Source: Escherichia coli (GTDB lineage: Bacteria > Pseudomonadota > Gammaproteobacteria > Enterobacterales > Enterobacteriaceae). Taken from it: 64,000 nucleotides of DNA. The DNA lies in the NCBI RefSeq assembly GCF_030013205.1, contig NZ_CP122648.1; one strand, 5' to 3'. The notes beneath the pieces were generated by a model, which had not been told where the DNA came from, searched no databases, and was given only the letters and a program-made list of their open reading frames with translations. Each line of letters begins with the position of its first letter. Positions within the stretch are counted from its first letter, which is position 1. This document shows positions 32,286 through 39,400 of this stretch, piece after piece. The position numbers were made by a program, and so were the translations under genes.

Positions 32286-32321
32286 ATATTTATTATCTGA
32301 AATAAATATCAGGCAATAGCT

Positions 32322-32552
32322 ATGAGCGATAACGGACATTTCGATTTCAAAAAGCACTGGCTTGCACTTACTCCGGATGAGCGTGAAGCCTTCGCACAGG
32401 AAGCCGGAACGACGAGTCACTATATCCAGACTCACTTAACAGGTAAGCGCAAAATGCCAGGTAAAGTATTGATGAATGGGCTTTTTAAAGCCTGTAAAAC
32501 AAGACAATGGCTGCGCTCAAAAGCAGAACTGGCATACTTCTTCTACTCATGA
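32322..32552 (+). CDS. Cro-like small DNA-binding protein
   Basis: 76 aa, divergent from the repressor gene. HTH-like segment EAFAQEAGTTSHYIQTHLTGKRKM. Confidence 0.6.
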   Translation: MSDNGHFDFKKHWLALTPDEREAFAQEAGTTSHYIQTHLTGKRKMPGKVLMNGLFKACKTRQWLRSKAELAYFFYS

Positions 32553-32573
32553 TATCCAGCTACAACCCTCTGT

Positions 32574-32597
32574 AGACCGCCACCCGGCGGTCTTTTC
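32574..32597 (+). terminator. intrinsic terminator after the cro-like gene
   Basis: AGACCGCC-ACCC-GGCGGTCT followed by TTTTC. Confidence 0.75.
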
Positions 32598-32607
32598 ATA
32601 TCTATTC

Positions 32608-32622
32608 GTACCTCAAAGGTAA
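32608..32622. promoter_or_regulatory. phage palindrome site F (GTACC-TCAAA-GGTAA)
   Basis: One mismatch, 11 nt after the terminator and upstream of the replication-module genes. Confidence 0.55.
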
Positions 32623-32702
32623 TAAATAACCAAATCTGGTTGATCTTTTTTTTGTGTCAGCACAAAATGACCGTAATCCCAATACTAATAACAGGGCTTA
32701 CC

Positions 32703-32903
32703 ATGGAAATCATTACACGTATTGATGCCGCAAAGCGCGGACTTAAACGCTACTACACCGGAAAACCATGCAAGCACGGACATGACAGTGAACGCTGGGT
32801 TTACAACGGACACTGTGTTGAGTGCACCATGGAATCAAACCGTCGTATCAGGGCAGAGATTAAGCAGATCATGATTAATTCCTCCCCACAACATTCAAGC
32901 TGA
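32703..32903 (+). CDS. small Cys/His-rich (zinc-binding?) phage protein
   Basis: Start placed at ATG 32703 (MEIITRIDAAKRGLKRYYTGKPCKHGHDSERWVYNGHCVECT...), 66 aa. The upstream part of the track ORF looks non-coding. Confidence 0.55.
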   Translation: MEIITRIDAAKRGLKRYYTGKPCKHGHDSERWVYNGHCVECTMESNRRIRAEIKQIMINSSPQHSS

Positions 32904-32918
32904 TAGCGGAGATTAATC

Positions 32919-33752
32919 ATGAGCAGACATGCAACAGATTGGGCCTGGGAGACAGATCCAGGTAGCTCGTCATTAAAGCTCATACTGCTCTCGATGGCTG
33001 ACAGAGCCGATGAATATAACCTCTGCTACCCCAGCATAGAACGCCTCGTTAAAGACACTTGCCTGAATAAAAAAACCGTGCAGGCCGGGCTTATATCGCT
33101 CATGAAAATGGGGCTTATTTCAGATACCGGAGAGAGAAAGGGAGCGACGAAAAGAGTGCGGGTTTTCTCTCTTAATATAACCAAAAACGGGAACATTAAA
33201 GGCAACCGGGAAGGGGGTAATGGACCCGAAAACGGTAATGTTACCGAAAACGGTAATGTTACCGAAAACGGGAATATACCCAAAAACGGGATGTTGAATG
33301 ATCCCAAAAACGGGATGTTGAATGATCCCAAAAACGGGATCCAGAACCAGTCATATAACCAGTCATTTAACCAAGAGAGGGAGAGCAGGACAAAAAGCGG
33401 GGATTCTGTGCCTCATGACCCCGGCGCAAACAACGCCGTGATGAATAACTTTGTTCCTCCTGGTGGGCCAGGGCAATTAGGCAAATTTGTCATGCATGAA
33501 CAATGGCAGCCATCAGATGACTTTCTTCGGAAAAGCTCATTGCAGGGGATCTACCTGGACAGTCTGCCAACGGCACAGGAACTTGCAGAGTTCAGAATTT
33601 ACTGGATGGCTGAGGGTAAGGCATACCATCAGGCACAGTGGGAGCAGAAGCTGGCAAGGCGGCTGCAGATTAGCAGACAGAAGCAATCAACATTACCTGA
33701 TAACAACGTTCCGCACTGGAACAGCCCTGAAGCATGGGAGGATTTCTTGTGA
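32919..33752 (+). CDS. replication initiator (winged-HTH N-terminus, DnaT-like C-terminus; lambda O analogue)
   Basis: 277 aa. N-terminus LKLILLSMADRADEYNLCYPSIERLVKDTCLNKKTVQAGLISL. The C-terminus WQPSDDF...EFRIYWMAEGKAYHQAQWEQKLARRLQ is DnaT-domain like. The central Asn/Gly repeats are encoded by iterons. Followed by a lambda P-like gene. Confidence 0.75.
   Translation: MSRHATDWAWETDPGSSSLKLILLSMADRADEYNLCYPSIERLVKDTCLNKKTVQAGLISLMKMGLISDTGERKGATKRVRVFSLNITKNGNIKGNREGGNGPENGNVTENGNVTENGNIPKNGMLNDPKNGMLNDPKNGIQNQSYNQSFNQERESRTKSGDSVPHDPGANNAVMNNFVPPGGPGQLGKFVMHEQWQPSDDFLRKSSLQGIYLDSLPTAQELAEFRIYWMAEGKAYHQAQWEQKLARRLQISRQKQSTLPDNNVPHWNSPEAWEDFL
33181..33345 (+). repeat. iteron array (candidate origin of replication) inside the initiator gene
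   Basis: Seven AAAACGG cores at 33184, 33229, 33247, 33265, 33283, 33307 and 33331 (spacings 45, 18, 18, 18, 24, 24). Two 24-bp units CAAAAACGGGATGTTGAATGATCC are identical. Confidence 0.75.
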
Positions 33753-34534
33753 ACAACGTTTTTACCGCGATACAAAACCGTGACGGAGAAGCCCTTTCTC
33801 GCATGTCAGGTTATGAGCATCAGTACGTCAACAATGACAATGTGGTGAACATGTCAGCAGAGAGGCTTGTTGATGCCCTTTTTAAACAGCTGAAACAACT
33901 GTTTCCGGCGGCAGTGGTAACCAACCTGAAGACGCCAGAGCAGGAAGTTGCTGCAAAACAGCAGTGGATTGCTGCGTTTGCCGAAGGGGGGATCCGAACC
34001 CGTGAACAGGTTTCTGCTGGTATGCGCCACGCCCGCGCCAGTGAGTCTCCGTTCTGGCCGTCGCCAGGGCAATTCATCAAGTGGTGTAAAGACAGCAAGA
34101 TGGTTCTTGGCGTCACCATTGACGATGTGATGGCGGAGTTTCACCGGTACAGCAAGGAAAAAAGTTTATATCCTGGTGGTCCCGAAAGATTCCCGTGGCG
34201 ACATCCGGTTATGTACTGGGTCGTATGTGATACCCGCCGTGCAATGTATCAGCGCCAGCTTAGCGAGATTGAGGTTGAGAAACACGCGCGCAGGCTGCTC
34301 GATGATTGGGCGAAAAAGGTGGCTTCCGGACAGCAGATACCCGATCCGGTGATCAGCATACAGGCAAAGCCAGAGCCCATGAGTACGCCTCCGGACACAG
34401 GGAGAGACGTTTACCATCCACCAGGGCGAAGTTTCGGGTGTATGCCTAACGCCGCCACCCTGGGGGGAATAACACCGGCGCAGTGGCTGATAGAGGAATA
34501 CAGGCGGGGAAAGGCGGCAGGATTTATCAAGTAA
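33749..34534 (+). CDS. lambda P-like replicative helicase loader
   Basis: QWIAAFAEGGIRTREQVSAGMRHARASESPFWPSPGQFIKWC closely parallels lambda P as I recall it (RQWVLAFRENGITTMEQVNAGMRVARRQNRPFLPSPGQFVAWC). GTG 33749 is preferred because GGGAGG lies 7 nt upstream and it overlaps the upstream stop. ATG 33734 is the alternative. Confidence 0.85.
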   Translation: MNNVFTAIQNRDGEALSRMSGYEHQYVNNDNVVNMSAERLVDALFKQLKQLFPAAVVTNLKTPEQEVAAKQQWIAAFAEGGIRTREQVSAGMRHARASESPFWPSPGQFIKWCKDSKMVLGVTIDDVMAEFHRYSKEKSLYPGGPERFPWRHPVMYWVVCDTRRAMYQRQLSEIEVEKHARRLLDDWAKKVASGQQIPDPVISIQAKPEPMSTPPDTGRDVYHPPGRSFGCMPNAATLGGITPAQWLIEEYRRGKAAGFIK

Positions 34535-34571
34535 TACCAGCGCGATAGCGCATTTTTTTACGTCTCAATAA

Positions 34572-34586
34572 TTACCCATCGGGTAA
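34572..34586. promoter_or_regulatory. phage palindrome site G (TTACC-CATCG-GGTAA)
   Basis: Perfect half-sites. The -10-like AATAAT abuts the left half. Confidence 0.6.
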
Positions 34587-34633
34587 CAAAACATTCTAAA
34601 CTCTATTGATTTCGTGTCTTATGTGGTTTTTAA

Positions 34634-34648
34634 TTACCTTAGAGGTAA
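34634..34648. promoter_or_regulatory. phage palindrome site H (TTACC-TTAGA-GGTAA)
   Basis: Perfect half-sites, 3 nt before ATG 34652, so the site contains the Shine-Dalgarno AGAGG. The upstream candidate promoter is TTGATT-17-TTTAAT, whose -10 overlaps the left flank. Confidence 0.65.
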
Positions 34649-34651
34649 ATC

Positions 34652-34996
34652 ATGAGAAAACAGATACAGGCTCTTGGTCGACTCAAAACAGGCCAGATGA
34701 ACAAAACAGAATCTGCGTATTGCCAGCACCTTGAGCAGCGTAAACGTGCAGGGGAAATCGCCTGGTATCGATTCGAGGGTATCAAGCTGCGGTTAGCTGA
34801 CAACACGTTCTATACGCCCGATTTTGCTGTGATGCTCGCCACCGGCGAGATGGAACTGCACGAAGTGAAAGGTTTCTGGACCGACGACGCCAGGGTGAAA
34901 ACCAAAGTCGCCGCAGATCAGTATCCGTTCCGAATCATCGGGGTAACGGTTAAGCCAAAGAAAGCAGGTGGTGGCTGGAACATCGAAGAGTTCTGA
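34652..34996 (+). CDS. DUF1064-type phage nuclease-fold protein
   Basis: 114 aa. MNKTESAYCQHLEQRKRAGEI...YTPDF...HEVKG...DARVK pattern (PD-(D/E)XK-like D...E-V-K). Confidence 0.65.
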   Translation: MRKQIQALGRLKTGQMNKTESAYCQHLEQRKRAGEIAWYRFEGIKLRLADNTFYTPDFAVMLATGEMELHEVKGFWTDDARVKTKVAADQYPFRIIGVTVKPKKAGGGWNIEEF

Positions 34997-35057
34997 ATCG
35001 ACGATCTTTTTAGTTATCAATGTAATCAATAAGTTATGTGGATAAGCGAGGGTAAAG

Positions 35058-35447
35058 ATGGAAAGTAATATCAAAGGGTTAGTTGCCGCCGGGCATGAGA
35101 TGGCTTCGGAACTGAAAGCAGAATGTGGTGCCGTTGATATGCGTAGTGTGGCAAAACTGATCAGCGATTTGGCAACGCAACTGGAAGTGCAACTGGTGCG
35201 TGCTAATGCGCTGGCAGCGGAGAATGCAAAGCTGAAGGATTACCTGGCCCCTATAGGGCTGAAGGTTGAAGGGACTCCAACCACCGACGCTGTCCTGGCT
35301 GAAATTGAACGCAAAGCAATCCGCAAGTTCATTAACAGCATTGAACACATCCTGCGTGACAAGTTATCACCGTATGACACCGAAGAGATGCTTGAGGCTA
35401 TGCGTATTTTTCTGGAAGAACAGGGAGGTGAGCAAAAATGGCAATAA
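35058..35447 (+). CDS. hypothetical coiled-coil phage protein
   Basis: 129-aa ORF in the rightward early/middle operon. No motif recognised. Confidence 0.5.
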   Translation: MESNIKGLVAAGHEMASELKAECGAVDMRSVAKLISDLATQLEVQLVRANALAAENAKLKDYLAPIGLKVEGTPTTDAVLAEIERKAIRKFINSIEHILRDKLSPYDTEEMLEAMRIFLEEQGGEQKWQ

Positions 35448-35755
35448 CAAAGCAACGTGTAGAAGAAATCATATCCCGTATTGAAATGTATGGGCATGGC
35501 GCAGGGTATACAGTCGAAGAGGTTTATGACCTTGCTGTACTGGCGCTGAATTTATCAAATATCGCAAAACTCAAGCGATACGAGCTTGATATGGATGGTT
35601 GTGACTCGTTCGGTCAGGATTGTGGCGCTGACATGACTGAAGATTCTGATGGCGATTATGTCCTGTTTGATGACGTGGTTAAGTTGTTTGAGTTTGATAC
35701 AACCACTCAGAAGTTAGAAAGCACAGCAAAGGAGGCAGCCAGTGAGCGAGATTGA
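35438..35755 (+). CDS. hypothetical acidic phage protein
   Basis: 105-aa ORF that overlaps both neighbours by a few codons (operon packing). Confidence 0.5.
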   Translation: MAITKQRVEEIISRIEMYGHGAGYTVEEVYDLAVLALNLSNIAKLKRYELDMDGCDSFGQDCGADMTEDSDGDYVLFDDVVKLFEFDTTTQKLESTAKEAASERD

Positions 35756-36317
35756 CTATCAGGCACTGCGTGACAAGGCAGAGAAAGCAACGTGTGGTGA
35801 GTGGTCGATCGAATATGGAGATGGCAGCTTTGATGGTGATGATGCACTAATTCATCGCGAGGCTGCTGGATATATTCCCATTTGCAGAATTGAAGGAGCG
35901 CATCCTGAAAGCGGTTTCGATGAAGATTTCCAAATGGAACAGCAGGCCAATGCTGAATTCATCGCTGCAGCCAATCCGGCTACCGTCTTGGCGCTGCTTG
36001 GCGAGCTGGAAGCAGCAAAAAAGCGCATAGCAGAACTGGAAGCCGAACTCGTAAGCCAAACTTACAAGTTGAACGAGCTATCGGGCAACTCTCCGGTAAC
36101 TCCGGATGGTTGGATAAGCTGTAGTGAGCGAATGCCGGATAGCAAAACAGCCGTTCTTGTTGCCAGGGAGTTTGACAGGAAAGGTGACTGGCGAATGAAA
36201 TGGGCGACTTACATCCCTGGGCATCCTGACGCTAATGATGGGTGGATAATTCCTGGTGCGTCGTGGATACCATCACACTGGATGCAACTACCAGAACCGC
36301 CGCAGGAGGCGAAATGA
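35742..36317 (+). CDS. Ead/Ea22-like protein with DUF551-like C-terminus
   Basis: 191 aa. N-terminus ALRDKAEKATCGEW, a coiled coil LLGELEAAKKRIAELEAEL, and a C-terminus W(I)SCSERMPD...SHWMQLPEPP typical of DUF551. Confidence 0.6.
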   Translation: MSEIDYQALRDKAEKATCGEWSIEYGDGSFDGDDALIHREAAGYIPICRIEGAHPESGFDEDFQMEQQANAEFIAAANPATVLALLGELEAAKKRIAELEAELVSQTYKLNELSGNSPVTPDGWISCSERMPDSKTAVLVAREFDRKGDWRMKWATYIPGHPDANDGWIIPGASWIPSHWMQLPEPPQEAK

Positions 36318-36407
36318 TGGACTATTCACAGTTAAGTGATTTTGAAATTAACAGAAGAGGCGAAATGATGGACTATTCACAGTTAAGTGATTTTGAAATT
36401 AACAGAA
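36306..36407 (+). repeat. perfect 51-bp tandem duplication (2 copies)
   Basis: GAGGCGAAATGATGGACTATTCACAGTTAAGTGATTTTGAAATTAACAGAA at 36306-36356 and 36357-36407. It duplicates the ribosome-binding site, the start codon and the first codons of the next gene, in frame. Confidence 0.95.
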
Positions 36408-36718
36408 TGGTAGGAGACATAATTTTTAAAGGCCTTTGGGCGTGTAAACCGGAAACATCAGGGAATAACACCAACAAATGGTATTACGGAAATACTGATA
36501 CAACTTTTGAGCCATTAAACCCTTTACCTGACTACTGCAATAATCCATCGGATGCATGGCCTATTATTGTTGATAATAAAATCAGTCTAACCTGCCACCA
36601 CTCTCGCGGTGAGTGGTCAGCAGTTTTTAATGCCGACAACATTTGCTTTCATGCGAATAATCCACTCCGAGCCGCCATGATTGTATTTCTCATGATGCAG
36701 GAAAATCAGAATGGCTAA
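36314..36718 (+). CDS. NinX/DUF2591-like phage protein
   Basis: MMDYSQLSDFEINR... N-terminus, present twice because of the duplication. An alternative start is 36365. ...NPSDAWPIIVDNKISL...NPLRAAMIVFLMMQE. Confidence 0.6.
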   Translation: MMDYSQLSDFEINRRGEMMDYSQLSDFEINRMVGDIIFKGLWACKPETSGNNTNKWYYGNTDTTFEPLNPLPDYCNNPSDAWPIIVDNKISLTCHHSRGEWSAVFNADNICFHANNPLRAAMIVFLMMQENQNG

Positions 36719-37115
36719 ATCAGCAGCAGAGCGCAAAGCCGCTCAGAGAGCCAGACAAGCTGCATCTGGCGTGCGTAAGCTGGAAATTGTGCTTGATGCT
36801 CAGGAAATTGAAATGCTGGAGCGTAACTGTGCCACGCGTCGCCCCGGGCGTGCGCCTTACGAATTTGGTGAGTATATAGCGTTACTGATCCGCCAGGATG
36901 ATGCACGCGTGCGCGGGCGTATAAAATCGATCAGCAGAAAACGTTGCGGTAAGTGCGGCGAGATAGTTCCTGTGAATTCATGCCCGTGTACCGTACCCAT
37001 TACAAATGGGACAACGGACTTGCTCTGCGTGACTGGCGTTATGTTGTTCGCATTGCAAACATCGATGTCAGCAATCTTTCAGAACCTTCCTCTGCCGCAA
37101 ATATTGCGAAGTTGA
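36711..37115 (+). pseudogene. early-region gene (MAKSAAERKAAQRARQA... family) running into head-gene remnant DNA
   Basis: The first ~85 codons look like a normal small phage protein ending in a Cys cluster (CGKCGE...CPC). The rest is read out of frame across DNA that encodes a capsid-like C-terminus in another frame. Confidence 0.4.
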
Positions 37116-37333
37116 TGGTTAAAGCACTGCATCGCATTCCAAATCGTGGCATGGGTCGCCCGGTGTTCTACATGAACCGCACTGTAGGCCAGGCTCTTGA
37201 TCTGCAATCTCTGGAGAAAACATCTCTGGCGATCAGCGTAAAAGAGACAGAAGGCGAGTGGTGGACTTCATTCCGTGGTGTACCAATCCGTGAAACTGAT
37301 GCGCTTCTGGAAACAGAAGCCCGCGTGGTGTAA
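36953..37333 (+). pseudogene. major capsid protein, C-terminal remnant
   Basis: The frame is closed by TAA at 36950-36952 and has only a GTG. The translation ...RYVVRIANIDVSNL...MGRPVFYMNRTVGQALDLQ...FRGVPIRETDALLETEARVV looks like the last ~115 aa of a capsid protein. No N-terminal part, portal or terminase lies upstream. Confidence 0.45.
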
Positions 37334-37384
37334 CGCCTGTTATTAACCTGTGGGTCGTAACAGACCCACTAATGGAGAAAGAAG

Positions 37385-37753
37385 ATGATCACCGACAAAC
37401 TGTTGATGTTCTCCGAAGCTCAGGCGGTTACGAATACCGCGGCTTCTACTGACGTAATCGATCTCGGTCCAATTGACGGAAAACGTCGTGATATCGGCGT
37501 GGGTTACCCGCTTGAGTTTTGGGCGCTGGTTAACACAGCCGCCGCGGCAAGCGGTGATGCAACTGTAAACATCCAGTTGCAGGCGAGTGAGAATAACAGC
37601 TCATGGACCACTATTTATGATAGTGGCGCACTGGCAAAGACCGCCCTGACAGCAGGTAAACGAGTTGTTTCTGCAAAGGTGCCTGCCGGTGTTCAGCGAT
37701 ATCTGCGTGTTAACTACTCCGTCGCAACTGGCCCACCGGGACAATTACGTTAA
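37385..37753 (+). CDS. capsid decoration/cement-like protein, possibly 3'-truncated
   Basis: 122 aa. MITDKLLMFSEAQAVTNTAASTDVIDLG...YLRVNYSVATGP resembles Bbp16/epsilon15 gp10-type cement proteins as I recall them. The C-terminus ends abruptly just before another junction. Confidence 0.4.
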   Translation: MITDKLLMFSEAQAVTNTAASTDVIDLGPIDGKRRDIGVGYPLEFWALVNTAAAASGDATVNIQLQASENNSSWTTIYDSGALAKTALTAGKRVVSAKVPAGVQRYLRVNYSVATGPPGQLR

Positions 37754-37794
37754 CGGCAAGCGCCTCTATTTTTGGCGCGGAGCAGGTAGGCAAA

Positions 37795-38391
37795 TTGTTC
37801 TATCTGGAACAGCCTGCAGTGGATTCTGTGCCGGTAACCAGCAATACCGCTGTAGTGGTTCGTGCCAACAGGAACGTCCCGCCATCCCTCAGGAATACGG
37901 CCACCACGAACTGGCAGATGGCGCGCCGGACATTTGGAGGCCTGTCTCATCTTGAAGGCCAGACCGTAAACATTCTCTCTGATGCGAGCGTGGAACCACA
38001 GAAAGTGGTTTCCGGAGGTGCCGTCACGCTGGAATCTCCGGGGGCTGTAGTGCACATCGGCCTGCCAATAACTGCTGAATTCGAAACACTGGATATCAAC
38101 ATTAACGGACAGGAAACGCTGCTGGACAAAAAACAGGTGATCCCCTCCGTTACTCTGGTTGTGAATGCCAGTCGCGGCATCTGGGCGACTACGCCTGGCG
38201 GTAAATGGTACGAATATCCACAGCGTGAATTCGAGTTCTACGATGATCCTGTTGATGATGCTACCGGAAAAGTAGAAGTGAAACTGGACAGTAACTGGGG
38301 CAAAAACGGACGTGTAAAAATCCGTCAGCTTGATCCGTTGCCGCTGTCTGTTCTTGCCGTTATTCCTCGCCTTACTGTTGGGGGATTTTGA
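37795..38391 (+). pseudogene. virion/tail protein, C-terminal remnant
   Basis: The frame opens only at 37714, with no ATG (a TTG at 37795) and no Shine-Dalgarno. The translated ...GGLSHLEGQTVNILSDASV...GLPITAEFETLDI... looks like an internal-to-C-terminal part of a larger structural protein. Confidence 0.4.
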
Positions 38392-38855
38392 TGATCGACG
38401 TTAAAATTATTCCCGCTACCGAAGAGCATCTTCAGATGATTTTGCCGGATGTTCGTCAGGCTGATATTGACGAACTGTATGCGGTATCGCTGATGACTAC
38501 CGAAGATGCGCTGCGTGTTGGTCTGCGCACTGCGACTATGGCCTGGTCAGGGTTCGCGAACGGAGAACTGGTAACCATGTTTGGTGTATCTCCGGCGTCA
38601 ATGATCGGTGGCAATGGTACGCCTTGGCTGGTAGGAACCAGCCGTATTGAAAAATATCAGAAGACATTTCTTCGCCACTGCCGACCTGTATTGCAGCAGA
38701 TGCTGGCAGTTTATCCGCGCCTGGAAAACTACGTCGACGAGCGAAACCATGTTGCCAAAGCATGGCTGCACTGGCTTGGATTCAGGCTTGAAGAAGCCGC
38801 GCCTTATGGTGCTCTTGGTCTTAATTTCCACAGATTTCACATGGAGAGAAAATAA
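38388..38855 (+). CDS. structural-module protein, unknown function
   Basis: 155-aa ORF whose start overlaps the upstream stop (ATGA). It occupies the position before the internal virion protein genes. Confidence 0.55.
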   Translation: MMIDVKIIPATEEHLQMILPDVRQADIDELYAVSLMTTEDALRVGLRTATMAWSGFANGELVTMFGVSPASMIGGNGTPWLVGTSRIEKYQKTFLRHCRPVLQQMLAVYPRLENYVDERNHVAKAWLHWLGFRLEEAAPYGALGLNFHRFHMERK

Positions 38856-39400
38856 TGTGCGATCCGGTTATTGCTGGTGGCGCAATGCTCGCCATGAGTG
38901 GCATTCAGGCATACACCCAGTACCAACAGGGAAAGTATGCCTCGAAGGTTGCAGAAGCGAACGCAGATATAGCCACAGCTCAGGCAAATGATGCAATAAA
39001 CAGAGGTAACGCTGAAGCTGAGCAACGGCGCAGAGAGACGCGACAGCGGCTTGGTACACAGGCGGCGACAATGGGGGCGACCGGCGCTGATTTATCTACC
39101 GGTAACGCGCTGGATATATTTGGTGACACTGCTCAGTTTGGCGCTCTTGATTCGCTGACGACGGTGAATAACGCGCAACGCGAGGCTTACGGTTATCAGG
39201 TTCAGGCTGCCAACTATAAAGCAGAAGCCAGTTCAGCCCGTAAACAGGGGAATGTGGGAGCAGCAACAACATTGCTCACTGCGCCTCTGAAGGCATACGG
39301 TGCGTACCAGATGTTTGGTGGGACGTGGAGTCCGTTTACTCAAAGCACCCCCGCGCCAATCAGGGCAGCAGCAGGAACCAGATTACCCGGAGGATTATAA
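38855..39400 (+). CDS. internal virion protein (Ala/Gln-rich)
   Basis: 181 aa. The stop overlaps the next start (TAATG). Composition and position resemble podovirus core proteins. Confidence 0.55.
   Translation: MCDPVIAGGAMLAMSGIQAYTQYQQGKYASKVAEANADIATAQANDAINRGNAEAEQRRRETRQRLGTQAATMGATGADLSTGNALDIFGDTAQFGALDSLTTVNNAQREAYGYQVQAANYKAEASSARKQGNVGAATTLLTAPLKAYGAYQMFGGTWSPFTQSTPAPIRAAAGTRLPGGL

Noticed and set aside
33181-33345. Short direct repeats that could be mistaken for a mini-CRISPR array.
   Set aside because: The repeats are 18-24 bp with no unique spacers, lie in frame inside a replication-initiator gene, and no cas genes are present. They are interpreted as iterons.
36242-36313. Upstream extension of the NinX-like ORF given by the ORF track (start 36242).
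   Set aside because: The extension overlaps the 3' end of the preceding gene in another frame. The Shine-Dalgarno GGAGG and ATGATG at 36314 (duplicated at 36365) mark the real start.
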